Assembly (NCBI RefSeq): GCF_001194135.2
Contig: NC_068990.1
Location: 63,171,034-63,227,414 of the forward strand
Reading direction: 5' to 3'
Length of the DNA: 56,381 nt
Source: Octopus bimaculoides
Lineage: Eukaryota
Shown: in pieces, positions 38,560 through 51,354 of the stretch
Position numbering within the stretch: the stretch's first letter is position 1
Layout: each line of letters opens with the position of its first letter
The notes under the pieces: model-generated
Database searches by the model: none
Told to the model about the DNA's origin: nothing
What the model saw: only the letters and a program-made list of their open reading frames with translations
Made by a program: the position numbers and the translations under genes

Positions 38560-38595
<36 letters not shown>
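37666..38595. other. About 200-bp sequence duplicated identically either side of gap 37867-38394 (probable unmerged contig overlap)
   Basis: 37666-37866 = 38395-about 38595, both ending in (TA)n. Confidence 0.85.
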
Positions 38596-38599
<4 letters not shown>

Positions 38600-39046
38600 C
38601 ATATGTGTGTGTGCGGGGGTGGGGTGTATTTACCTTCATATCAAGTTGCACACACACACATGCACACACATACACACACATAACTGAGAGAAAACAACAC
38701 ACTGACAATAGTATGTTACCTGAATGAAACGTACGTTCACAGCATTTCAACAAACCCATCCTTTAAACTTATGCACACATACACGCACACATGCAATAAT
38801 AAGTTGTTCTAGTCATGCCTGGCTACCCGGCCCCTTCTGAACAGTACAAAAGCATACTCGAGGTGCACGAGTTGTTAGTCTCTGGTGACATGAGTCTGTG
38901 TGTTATCACTAGATTCGCTGGAATTGACTGATCTCTTTGTACGACTGTTTGTAAAAACACACACACACAAAAACCTGTAGACACGCAGACACAAATAGGA
39001 CGGACAGACAAGCAGACACGCACACATGTATATGCATAAAGAAAGG

Positions 39047-39095
<49 letters not shown>

Positions 39096-39436
39096 ACGGA
39101 CAGGTACAAATAAAAGAGGCAGAATTTAGTATTGAAGAAGAGTAAAGTAAAAACGACATTTAGCACAGCAAAAGTTCTGATTGAACCACTGAAAGAGAAG
39201 TTTAGACAAGAAGTCAATGTATTTCAATAATTACTGATAACATAAATACAGGAATGTGGGGAAATTCACTGAACGGTCAGAGAGAAAACAAACTAATATT
39301 TAAATAGTGGAAATCTGAAAAATCTGAACCCGGCAAATATGCACATAGATACCTAAATATATATACCTACACACAGGCATATGTATATACATACCTACGC
39401 ACAGGCATATGTATATACATACATACATACATACAT

Positions 39437-39485
<49 letters not shown>

Positions 39486-39554
39486 TAGATAGATAGATAC
39501 ATACATACATACATACATACATACATACATACATACATAAATACATACATACAT

Positions 39555-39941
39555 TGTTATTGGCACTCCGTCGCTTACGACGTCGAAGGTTCCAGTTGAT
39601 CCGATCAACAGAACAGCCTGCTCATGAAATTAACGTGCAAGTGGCTGAGCACTCCACAGACACGTGTACCCTTAACATAGTTCTCGGGGATATTCAGCGT
39701 GACACAGTGTGACAAGGCTGACCCTTTGAATTACAGGCACAACAGAAACAGAAAGTAAGAGTGAGAGAAAGTTGTGGTGGAAGAATACAGCAGGGTTCGC
39801 CACCATCCCCTGCCGGAGCCTCGTGGAGCGTTAGGTGTTTTTTGGTTCAATAAACACTCACAACGCCCTGTCTGGGAATTGAAACCGCGATCCTATGACC
39901 GCGAGTCCGCTGCCCTAACCACTGGGCCATTGCGCCTCCAC
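39555..39941 (-). mobile_element. SINE family C, full length, inserted in an (ACAT)n tract
   Basis: A-box tggcccagtgg, B-box-like ggtttcaattccc; near-identical to 47820-48206; (ACAT)n on both sides. Confidence 0.93.
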
Positions 39942-39956
39942 ACATACATACATACA

Positions 39957-39987
<31 letters not shown>

Positions 39988-40039
39988 GTACGTGTATACA
40001 CACACACACACATACAGAAGCAGTGAGTCAGTGAGTGAA

Positions 40040-40097
40040 TAGGGAGAGAGAGAGAGAGAGAGAAGAAACAATGAGTCAGTGAGTGAATGGGAGAAGG

Positions 40098-40180
<83 letters not shown>
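40040..40180. repeat. (GA)n microsatellites
   Basis: Direct. Confidence 0.95.
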
Positions 40181-40183
<3 letters not shown>

Positions 40184-40666
40184 CGGCAGAGAGATTGTAA
40201 TTGAAATATAAGTGTATGCACAATTCAGGTATGATGATAAAAAAAACACACGTAAATTTAGACAACAATCGTACTGAGGAACAGAAATAGCTAGTCTGAT
40301 ATATTGAACTATAGAAATAAATGTATGATAGAACCGACTAAGTGACCGATATAGATATAGATAATTGACACAATGAACAGGAATATACTGTAGAGATAGA
40401 TAGTTAAAGTTATCTATAAGGAGCAATGAATGTAGATATAAGAGTTGAGTCTTACAATGCGATAACTATGAGGTAGAGACACACAAGGAAATTGAGAAAT
40501 ATCAGTCAATCGCAACTATGATAATCTGTTGAGAGTAGCTGTGAATAGATTATCACATAGAAATAATTTTGACTTTACTACATAGGAAGGAAAGGATGAT
40601 CTGCAAGAGATACAAAGTATTCAATGCTGATGGTATATGAAAGGAAAAAGTTCCACCACAAACGCC

Positions 40667-40705
<39 letters not shown>

Positions 40706-41420
40706 TTCATTTACTGTAAACAGAACATTCCACCGAAAACTCTTTTGCTTCAACTTTTGCCGAGCTATTAATGCGATCGAACACTCTGTTTAAGACGGAG
40801 TTAATCCACTAAACATCTATTATAAAAAAAAATATTAAAAACAAAACAATAAGAATAACAATACAAACAGCAACATGAACAACAACAACAACAATTACAA
40901 AAGAAGTGGTATTCAATTTTGTAAAGATCTCGAAGTAACTATTTAACATCGAAAATCTTTGATAATGTCGAGCTTCAGCAATTCCTTCATACAACCATGA
41001 AAGCCGATAATGTAATATAATTGTTTGTTACTTTCTCTTTCTTTCATTTGTGTCGAATCTTCAGAGTTTTTACTCGAAGTTTTTCGGTTTTCTGATATTA
41101 AGATAAATGAGTATTATTTTAAACCTTGACGACTGACTGGCTTATTTAATTAGCTTACAAATGACTAAGTAATTAGAGCAGCAGAAGTCGACATAGAAGA
41201 ACTGTACAAGCTAAACAGTACAGCTGCGCATGAGCACGGGCATATACACACGCACACATACATACGCGTCTGCGTACGTGCATATACACACGCAGACATA
41301 TACACACGCAGACATATACACACGCAGACATATACACACATGTATACACACGCGTCCGCATACATACACATATATATATACACACGCACACACACATACG
41401 TGTGCGCGTACGTACACAGA

Positions 41421-41541
41421 NNNNNNNNNNNNNNNNNNNNNNNNNNNNNNNNNNNNNNNNNNNNNNNNNNNNNNNNNNNNNNNNNNNNNNNNNNNNNNNN
41501 NNNNNNNNNNNNNNNNNNNNNNNNNNNNNNNNNNNNNNNNN
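41421..41541. other. Assembly gap (N)
   Basis: Direct. Confidence 1.
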
Positions 41542-42250
41542 CAAAAGAGGATGATGATGATGATGATGATGATGATGTTGATGATTGTAGTGCTAATGGT
41601 GGTGGCCGTATTGGTGAGGGTGGTGTTGGTGGCGGTGATGTTTGGTGGAAGCGGTAATAGTCATATCAATACTAGCAGTATAGATCGAAAACTAGCATTT
41701 TTAAAGACTCAATCTGTTTTAATCTCTTTTCAGCTGCATTAGATGCAGACATTGGTGAAATATCTTGCAGTTACTTTTCTTTCTTCTTTTTTTTTTGTTT
41801 CTTTTTTTTTATTTTTAGTTTTTAGAAATGCGATTCTTGCCCTTTTATGTACTGCCCTGAATGCCTTCGAATAAACGGAATGATGTCACATGCATTCCTA
41901 TCAATTTGGAACCCTTTACAGAAGCAATCGTTATTTCAGTCAATATATTTTTGTTTTTTATTTTCATTTTACAGAATTCTAACTCATATTCTTCGCCCCA
42001 TTACAAACTCTGACTAGCTAAATAAGATACAATTAGAAACGAAATCGTGTTTATAGTATAATTAAATCTATTACCTTTCATCAATATATGCTACAAAACA
42101 AAGGATCGCTGTTTTTTAAGTTGACGCGTAAGCTATGCGTATCAATATTTTCAAGGAATACACACATACACATATATATATATATATATGCATGCATATA
42201 TGAATATATATACACACATGGATATGTATATACTTGTATATGTATATATA

Positions 42251-42775
42251 NNNNNNNNNNNNNNNNNNNNNNNNNNNNNNNNNNNNNNNNNNNNNNNNNN
42301 NNNNNNNNNNNNNNNNNNNNNNNNNNNNNNNNNNNNNNNNNNNNNNNNNNNNNNNNNNNNNNNNNNNNNNNNNNNNNNNNNNNNNNNNNNNNNNNNNNNN
42401 NNNNNNNNNNNNNNNNNNNNNNNNNNNNNNNNNNNNNNNNNNNNNNNNNNNNNNNNNNNNNNNNNNNNNNNNNNNNNNNNNNNNNNNNNNNNNNNNNNNN
42501 NNNNNNNNNNNNNNNNNNNNNNNNNNNNNNNNNNNNNNNNNNNNNNNNNNNNNNNNNNNNNNNNNNNNNNNNNNNNNNNNNNNNNNNNNNNNNNNNNNNN
42601 NNNNNNNNNNNNNNNNNNNNNNNNNNNNNNNNNNNNNNNNNNNNNNNNNNNNNNNNNNNNNNNNNNNNNNNNNNNNNNNNNNNNNNNNNNNNNNNNNNNN
42701 NNNNNNNNNNNNNNNNNNNNNNNNNNNNNNNNNNNNNNNNNNNNNNNNNNNNNNNNNNNNNNNNNNNNNNNNNNN
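42251..42775. other. Assembly gap (N)
   Basis: Direct. Confidence 1.
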
Positions 42776-42858
<83 letters not shown>

Positions 42859-43579
42859 ATAAACAAAACAGAATATGGAACAAGAACGTAACAGCCGACA
42901 ACAAAACATCCGGACAATTAGACGATACAAAAAAAGGACAAGTAAAAACAATGACGTGTCAATCGGAGCTTTCTATCATCAGTCGAATTCCAAGTCATCG
43001 TTCAGTTTCAGCCGGTTACACTCGAGACTGCTCCATTCTGGCCAGCCTCATGAAAATCTAAACTAAGAGCACTAGAGTCCTTAGAAGAAAGCAAGCGAAT
43101 GTATATGGAAACAAGGACGAAAAAAAGGAGAAATGGTACATAATTACAAATACAAACAACAGGAGGTTAACAGTAGGTGTCTTTCGACTAAGGATGAATT
43201 AAATTAAGCTGGCGTGTGTGGAAGTGAAGCCTTGCAGAGGGAACATAAGAGATGAAAGTTATGTGAAGGAATATAAGAGACGCTACATGGATGGTAGTTG
43301 AACCAAGAAAGAAAATTCAGGCTTGGTGGAACACCGGTCACGTGAAAGAAGAGAAGAAAGATAGAGGCAGAGGGATTGAAGAATTAGGGAGGGACGAAAA
43401 CGGGAGAAAAAGAAAGAAAAAAGGACTGAGTGATGTAAAAGAGGAAGGAAAGTGAGAATGAAAGGAAGGCCAAGAAATGTGAGAGAGGGGGAGCGACAAA
43501 AAGAATAGTGGAAAGAACGAAGAAAGTGTGATGGGGCTAAAAGAAAGAGTAAAAGAGTCGTACAGAATCTAAATATATA

Positions 43580-44240
43580 CTAGCAATGCATCCCGGCATT
43601 GCTCGGGTATTATGACCTACAAGCACATTGTATTATTTGCTCCTTCCTAAGACGGATCAGAAACTATGTGGTGTTTCATCATATAAAACAGGGTTAATAG
43701 GATTTTGTCCAAAAATCACGTTTTCATTATCAAAATTTTCCACTATCCCCACCGCAATTTTTTAATTTCTAACTATCTTTCAATTTTTTTTTTTTTTTTT
43801 TTTTTGTAATCAATGTAGAAAAATACTGAGATTATGAATCTGCGAAATATATATATACATTTTTCTAGTTTAATTTTTCTTAAAGAAACACTCAATGTCC
43901 CTTCCTACACTCCGCCCACCCATCACCAACCAGCTTTCAAAAAGCTAAGATCTCCCAGTCTTTCACTTTAGGCTGATGTCTCCCGCATGCATAGAATACT
44001 ACTGAAATACTAGACTTTAGAAATACCAGACCACCACCAGAAAACCCGACATGCTAGAAACAACAGGTAAACGACATTATTTCTGAAGAAACTTCCCCGT
44101 TTTCCAAAAAGCTAAAAGTGAAAAATTGGGAGTGTGTAACTTTTTGAAAGTTTTGAGGTGATGGGTAAAATTCTAAAAACATTCATACTTTGTTTTTTCT
44201 CCATGTATTACCAAGAATAAAAATTTGGAAAAACTAAAAA
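43580..44240 (-). mobile_element. Non-autonomous Helitron-like element (3' terminus; 5' extent uncertain)
   Basis: Minus strand ends in a GC hairpin cccgagcaatgccggg (43592-43607), an 8-nt spacer, then CTAG followed by T (43580). This is the canonical Helitron 3' signature. Confidence 0.5.
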
Positions 44241-44480
44241 ATAAATTTGGTGTGGAGAGGGAGAATTGCATGTATGTGTAAGTGGTACTCACTCACTCTC
44301 TCACATGCACACACATTATCTTTCACACACACGTACATAGCAGAGGTAAAGAATACGCACACCACCCGTTTTTGGCGTAACCCTAACCCTAAACACCGAG
44401 AATGCGTATTCTTTACTTTCATCCATAAATACATATGCAAGCATCTTTTTTTGTGCGTGAGAGAAAGAGGGAGAGTATGT

Positions 44481-44522
<42 letters not shown>

Positions 44523-45060
44523 CGAGAGAGAGAGAGAGAGTATTTCCTCATAACATACAGAAAAATAGATGCCTTTTAATGCAATTTTTTTTGGTTGTTG
44601 CTTATTTTAATACAATATTTACGTGTACATTTTCATAAACGTTTGTCTGAGTAGAATTCTACGCATGCGTGAAACATCAGACGAAAGTGAAACATTTGAA
44701 GCTAATCGAAATATTGCCCGAATATGACCTGAAAATTGTGTGACCCAACGTAGTTGCCGAGGTTATTTTAGTTGTAAAATGAGTTGTTGAGTCAAAAACA
44801 TAGTTTATGTAGTAGATAGATAATAAGCAGGTTTCTTTATTATAATAGAGATGTGACTGATTCGGAGAAACATTACTTTCATTATTTCCTCATCGTCAGT
44901 CTTGTAATGCAAAACTTTGTAATTTTGGTTCAAATTGAAAGTGTGAAACTATGTTCATTTTCTAATGAAACCTTGTTGTAGAGAAGTATATTTGAAGTAA
45001 CTACATCTGGTGTTTGAGATAACGTAGAAAATAAGTAAATGAAAATAAAGTTTAACTTTG

Positions 45061-45226
45061 TTCCTGTTTCTGTTGTACCTGTATTTCAGAGGGCCAACCT
45101 TGTCACATTCTGTGTCACGCTTACTCTCCCCGAGAACTACCTTAAGGGTACACTTTAATTTCACGAGCAGGCTGTTCCGTTGATCAGATCAACTGGAACC
45201 CTCATCGTCGTAACCGACGGAGTGCC
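45061..45226 (+). mobile_element. SINE family C 3' fragment
   Basis: cctgtttctgttgtacctgta...ttgatcagatcaactggaaccctcatcgtcgtaaccgacggagtgcc. Confidence 0.85.
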
Positions 45227-45240
45227 GTAGTATAATGCTC

Positions 45241-45431
45241 GTGTGTGATTGTCTCCCTGACAACCGGAGTTGGCGTGTTTACGTCCCCATAACCTAGCGG
45301 TTCACCCTAAGAGATCGATCTTTTTAGCTCCAAGCTTTAAAAAACAATAGGTCTTGCGGTCGATTCATTCAACTAAAGATTTTTCAAGACAGTCTGATGT
45401 CTGAAACTAGTAAAAGATAAAGGATAAAAGA
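45241..45431 (+). mobile_element. SINE family B 3' fragment
   Basis: ctgacaaccggagttggcgtgtttacgtccccataacctagcggttc...gtaaaagataaaggataaaaga. Confidence 0.75.
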
Positions 45432-45691
45432 TAGTTCAATTTTCCGGTACGTAGATATCAAATTATTTATTTATGAGTTGGTAGATACTGTCGTTTGCCC
45501 ACATAGCATGAATTACTAATCTTGTGTATTGACGTATAGGTTTGTCTGTGTTGTGTGGAATACACGGATTTTATTAGATATATATTGCTGGAAGATATTG
45601 GTTCACCTTCTGAAGTTTGTTTATTTGAAAAGGGAGTAAAGATCCGTTGCAAACTAACTTGTAGGGCTGAATGCTGACTATATCCACTCAG

Positions 45692-45843
45692 TACCCAGTG
45701 CCCAGCTGGTACTTATGTTATCGACCCCGAAGGGATGAAAGGCAAAATCGACATTGATGGTGTCTGAACTCAACGTAAAAAGGAACGAAATGCCGCTAAA
45801 CATTTAGTCCGGATTGCTAACGTTTCTATCAGCTCACCGCCTT
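45692..45843 (-). mobile_element. SINE family A copy
   Basis: atcgaccccgaagggatgaaaggcaaaatcgac...gctaacgtttctatcagctcaccgcctt. Confidence 0.8.
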
Positions 45844-46413
45844 GTTTATATTAATTATTAATTCTCTTTTGTGTGTATGATCAATACATTCATTGAAAAG
45901 ATTAAATTATGCAAGCCATTAATATACCATATAAATCTTTCAGTTTTGTGACAAGGCAACAACACTATTTTCTAAATACATTGTTTTTTGTTGTTCACCT
46001 GAGACGTGAGAAATGAACAGAAATGAGGAATGGGAAGAAATGATGTAACCAAGCATATTAAACAAAAGGAAGATATGAATAAGTTTTACAACCAGTTCAC
46101 ATTTATCAAAGGAAACTTTCAGGGAGTGCTATCAAGTTAGACACGACCTGGGCCAAATTTTGGCCGAGGAAGTTATTTAAGTTACCAAACGCAATGCGAC
46201 TTATAAGCTTATTCCACATAACACATAATTCAAACAACATGGATTGTTGCGGAAATCTCGTCTTTTAAAGCATACAATCAAAACATTTGAGAGAAAAATA
46301 GAAAGGAATGAAAAAGAGAATAAGACAATGTACCAAAATAATTAAAAAGAAGCATCTTAATGAAACTATCGAAAATTCCTGATCTTGAACCGTAGTCTAT
46401 CAATTGGATCAAT

Positions 46414-46428
46414 AGCGCCACCTATTGG
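46414..46428 (-). promoter_or_regulatory. Candidate CTCF-binding motif (CCAATAGGTGGCGCT on the minus strand)
   Basis: One mismatch from the CCACTAGGTGGCGCT core consensus, in a locally GC-richer unique segment. Motif match only. Confidence 0.35.
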
Positions 46429-46639
46429 GCGTAGTTGATATTTGGGGTATAATCATCAGATAACTTAATTCCGTTCATCCAATTCGTCCAACAAGTCTCA
46501 GAGGGCCTGATAAAGGAGTGCACTGCCGTTTTCCTCTGATTCTCTGATTAAATCATATTAAAAATAGTATAACGTGTCAACAAACATAATTAATGCAGAA
46601 ATCGATTATTATCTCCATGTTTGCGCATGCGCACACACA

Positions 46640-46692
<53 letters not shown>

Positions 46693-46720
46693 ACATATGC
46701 TATGACTTGATATATATTTC

Positions 46721-47100
46721 TAGTGGTAAGAAGCTTGCTTCCTAACCACATGGTTCCGAGATCAGCCCCAATGCATGGCACCTTGGGCAAATGTCTTCTA
46801 CTATAGCCTTAGGCTAACCAAAGCCCTGTGAGTGGATTTAGTAAACGAAAACTGAAATACACCGTCCTATATATATGTGTGTTTGTGCCTCTTTGTGTCC
46901 ATGTTTCTCTCCCTCCACCGCTTGACAACTGGAGTTGACGTGTTTAGGTCCCCGTAACCTAGCACTTCCTCAAGAGAATCAATAGAATAAGTACCGGGCT
47001 TAACAAAATAAGTACTGGGGTCGATTCATTCGACTAAAAATTCTTCAAGGTGGTTCCCCAGCCTGGTCGCAGTCTAATGACTTAAGTAAAATAAAAGATA
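46721..47100 (+). mobile_element. SINE family B, near full length
   Basis: tggtaagaagcttgcttcctaaccacatggttcc...ggcaccttgggcaaatgtcttctactatagcc; tail ggtggttccccagcctggtcgcagtctaatgac. Confidence 0.88.
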
Positions 47101-47698
47101 TGTTCAACTTGACTAATTCTAGTTCTTTTAATTTCTAACAGCAATCTTAAAAAAAAATCTGTCAATGAACCTTCCAATGAATACCATGCCCTTGTGTATG
47201 TGAACTTACACTAGTATCTGTTTTGAGTTTGCTATAACGAAGACTATTTTAGTGACCCACCACTCAACAGACTATAAATCACCTTTATTTGTTTTTCTTA
47301 TGTTAACAGTTCTTTTCACTGTAAATCGATAAACTAATACACTTATCTTCAGTTATTTTCCTCACACACATCACATGAAATCTTTCCTCAGTCTCGGAAT
47401 GAGCTCTTGGTACGTGATCTGTGTCTTGGTGTAGAAAAGAACACTCTAAATACACTCCATCACAAATATCGAACTTACGGCAGATCTGAACTATTTAAAA
47501 ACCCCACAACATGGTTCATTTAACTCCAGTCGCGATAATGCCGAAAAGAAACTCTTCATATGTAAATACTTCAAAATTCACACAAGATCGTTATAATATG
47601 AACATTAGTTCTAGTTTGGCAACTGTTACGAAATGTTTACCAACACATTAAAAAATAAATATCTACTGAACTATATTTGAACATTTAAAAAAATACAG

Positions 47699-47778
47699 GC
47701 TTTGTGAATTTGGAACTTGGGAGATACAGCTCATATCGTGGTCAGTACGATGAACGAGGAAATGCTATTAAGTTCTAA
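47699..47778 (+). CDS. Candidate terminal coding exon, (G)FVNLELGRYSSYRGQYDERGNAIKF*
   Basis: Open frame after tacag|, protein-like composition and GC above background. The acceptor lacks a pyrimidine tract. Confidence 0.12.
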
Positions 47779-47819
47779 TTCAATATTAATTGTTTTTTCT
47801 TGTTTCATACATAGAGGCG

Positions 47820-48206
47820 GTGGAGGCACAATGGCCCAGTGGTTAGGGCAGCGGACTCGCGGTCATAGGATCGTGGTTTCGATTTCCAGACCGGGCGTTG
47901 TGAGTGTTTATTGAGAGAAAACACCTAAAGCTCCACGAGGCTCCGGCAGGGGATGGTGACAAACTCTGCTGTACTCTTCCACCACAACTTTCTCTCACTC
48001 TTACTTCCTGTTTCTGTTGTGCCTGTAATTCAAAAGGTCAGCCTTGTCACACTGTGTCACGCTGAATATCCCCGGGAACTACGTTAAGGGTACACGTGTC
48101 TGTGGAGTGCTCAGTCACTTGCACGTTAATTTCACGAGCAGGCTGTTCTGTTGATCGGATCAACTGGAACCCTCGACGTCGTAAGCGACGGAGGGCCTAC
48201 AACAAC
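47820..48206 (+). mobile_element. SINE family C, full length
   Basis: A-box tggcccagtgg (47832-47842), B-box-like ggtttcgattt (about 47875), (CAA)n-like tail. Confidence 0.93.
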
Positions 48207-48208
48207 AT

Positions 48209-48408
48209 AAAGGCGACGAGTTGGGTGACGAGCACGCCGGGCAAAATTTTTAGCCGTATTTCGTCCGTCCTTACGTTTTGAGTTCAAATGCCGCTGAAGT
48301 TGACTTTGACCTCCATCCTTTTGGGGGTCGATAAAATAAGTACCTGTTCAATGTAATCGACTTACTCGCTTCACCGAAATTGCTGGCACTATGCCAAAAT
48401 TTAAAACA
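48209..48408 (+). mobile_element. SINE family A copy abutting the family C copy
   Basis: aaggcgacgagttgg...gagcacgccgggcaaaatt...aaattgctggcactatgccaaaattt. Confidence 0.82.
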
Positions 48409-48986
48409 AATATTTTACAAAAGTCGGAAGCCATCTGGGTTATGAGCAGAATATGAATGCTTCCATTATTTAAAATGTCTAACAAGGAAAGTATCAAAAT
48501 ATCAAACTATTGTTGTTACACATCTAGATTAGTAACGAAACTAGGATGGTAAAAATGATAAGCTACACACAAAAATTAATACTTGTAAAACAGATAAAAA
48601 TAAGATACGGACTGTCTTTCAGAACGTAATCAGAATGAATGAACTGAATATTAGGATAATTTTTAAATTCTAATACTTCATTATTTAAACTAAAACGTGC
48701 AATGTTAATATATAAATGCGTTTAGTAGTAACAAAACAGCCATCCATTATGAAATGACCTTGTAATTAGCATTTAATATCTATATGTATAAAACATTCAG
48801 CGCCATTGTGTTTCACCATCAGAGTAATAGTACATATTCGTTTTGTATTAGTGACACTACAACGAAAAGTGGGAATTGAAAATACTGTTCTTGGTCTGAG
48901 GTGATACACCCAATACACCTTTGAGAGTTTTATAAAGGTAAAGTGTCTGTAGAATTTTGAAAACTTCTAGCATCACCTATCAATAG

Positions 48987-49019
<33 letters not shown>

Positions 49020-49101
49020 NNNNNNNNNNNNNNNNNNNNNNNNNNNNNNNNNNNNNNNNNNNNNNNNNNNNNNNNNNNNNNNNNNNNNNNNNNNNNNNNN
49101 N
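49020..49101. other. Assembly gap (N)
   Basis: Direct. Confidence 1.
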
Positions 49102-49159
<58 letters not shown>

Positions 49160-49625
49160 CTGGGATATAACAGCTTTTAAATTATTAATGAAAATAATAC
49201 ATATAATATATTCTATATTTCCACGAAAGGTCTCAAACGCTCTTCCTGTTTTAGGAAAAAGATATATATTCAAACGGATCAGAAAACTTTCCAATATTTT
49301 TGTTAAGCTAGATCATACTTTATTGATTTGGAGATAAAAAATATCGTGAAAGTCTCCGAGATGACAGACATCTGTCACATGAGCAGATCGGTAAATCAAT
49401 AACATAATGTCGATTGCTGTAACCGTTTTGAAACCCCAATTCCTTTACTTCTCAACAAGAGATAAGATATCAGAATTAAAATGTTTCATGCCTTTTGCAA
49501 GCATTTCGTAAATTCTTAGGAATTGTCTATACGGATTTTCTTCTAATTTTATGCTATACCATCATATAAAATTATTCTAATTAATTTGCCAAGTTATTTT
49601 AATCGTTTAGTAAGAGGTAAAGTCC

Positions 49626-49683
49626 ACTAAGTTTACTATTAAAAACAATTGTTTACTAAGTTTACTATTAAAAATAATTGGTT
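49626..49683. repeat. 29-bp tandem duplication (actaagtttactattaaaaa[c/t]aattg[t/g]tt[t/a])
   Basis: Direct. Confidence 0.9.
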
Positions 49684-49856
49684 AGCTTATCTGTTCTAAC
49701 AGGTCCCTATGAACAGAAGTGAAAAAGTCAATCTCACTATGCCAATTTCATAGTAGCTATAGGGGTAAAGTTAGATGCGTGAGAAAGAGAAATAAAACTG
49801 TAATAGAGAAATGAAGAAAACAAAAAAATGAAGATATTTACTACGAAAAGACATAA

Positions 49857-49924
<68 letters not shown>

Positions 49925-49980
49925 TTATATATTATGTATGTATGTATGTATGTATGTATGCATGTATCTATCTATCTATC

Positions 49981-50042
<62 letters not shown>

Positions 50043-50861
50043 GTGGATTAATTGCGTACAATTCACACTCATACAAATTCACGAATACATAAATACAGGC
50101 ATGCAAGTATGTCTATATGCATAAATACGCATATATATATATACACATATCATACATATTATATATAGCTATAGATATGAATTTGTTTGTGTGCGCGCGC
50201 ACGCGTGGCACGTGCGTGTGTGTGCATATATGCGTACACCTGCATGATATACGCATATAGATACAGACTTATACATCTATATATGCACACTGACACACAC
50301 AGAAACATATATGTATAGAAAAACATACACATACATACACACATACAACGGACGCACGAATATATTTAAATGCACAAAAATATTTAATATTTATTTTTCA
50401 CTCTTCATCGGTTTTGTTATTTTTATGTCTATTTTTCTGTCTACTTCAAGCATCGCGGGATTCTTTTCATGCATAGATTCTTTATTGGAATATTTTTCCT
50501 ACTATTTCCTATCGTTTCCTTTCCTGTTATCTTTTTTTTCTTTTCCAGAAGCAACCATATTAGAGAAACCAATATTATCATAGTCTTCTATATAGGATCA
50601 ATGATGTCGCCTCAGACATATAAGCTTACTTTATCAACAACGCAAGAGGGACGTTTCCTTATTATCTGTCTATCTTTCAATAAATACAATCGGTGCTCTA
50701 ATATAACCTCAGCTGTGATGGTTAAAATCAGCCGCAGTACCGAAGATCAACATATGAATTTCAGAAACACCACACCATATTTACCACATACTAGACAAAC
50801 ACACCACGCTATGGAATATATACATATACATAGACATACATACATACATACATGCATATAT

Positions 50862-51214
50862 NNNNNNNNNNNNNNNNNNNNNNNNNNNNNNNNNNNNNNN
50901 NNNNNNNNNNNNNNNNNNNNNNNNNNNNNNNNNNNNNNNNNNNNNNNNNNNNNNNNNNNNNNNNNNNNNNNNNNNNNNNNNNNNNNNNNNNNNNNNNNNN
51001 NNNNNNNNNNNNNNNNNNNNNNNNNNNNNNNNNNNNNNNNNNNNNNNNNNNNNNNNNNNNNNNNNNNNNNNNNNNNNNNNNNNNNNNNNNNNNNNNNNNN
51101 NNNNNNNNNNNNNNNNNNNNNNNNNNNNNNNNNNNNNNNNNNNNNNNNNNNNNNNNNNNNNNNNNNNNNNNNNNNNNNNNNNNNNNNNNNNNNNNNNNNN
51201 NNNNNNNNNNNNNN
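50862..51214. other. Assembly gap (N)
   Basis: Direct. Confidence 1.
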
Positions 51215-51269
<55 letters not shown>

Positions 51270-51304
51270 TATATATGTATATATGTATGTATATATGTAT
51301 GATG

Positions 51305-51339
<35 letters not shown>

Positions 51340-51354
51340 ACATGCATACATAAA

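Noticed and set aside
40925-41070. Minus-strand GFHGCMKEL resembling a laminin-G motif
   Set aside because: Short ORF with a stop right after, and no acceptor site.
44378-44392. taaccctaaccct telomere-like repeat
   Set aside because: Only about 2 units; not an interstitial telomeric array.
50469-50861. About 105 open codons after a strong acceptor at 50548
   Set aside because: No donor, no recognisable homology, and it ends in simple repeat; compatible with chance.
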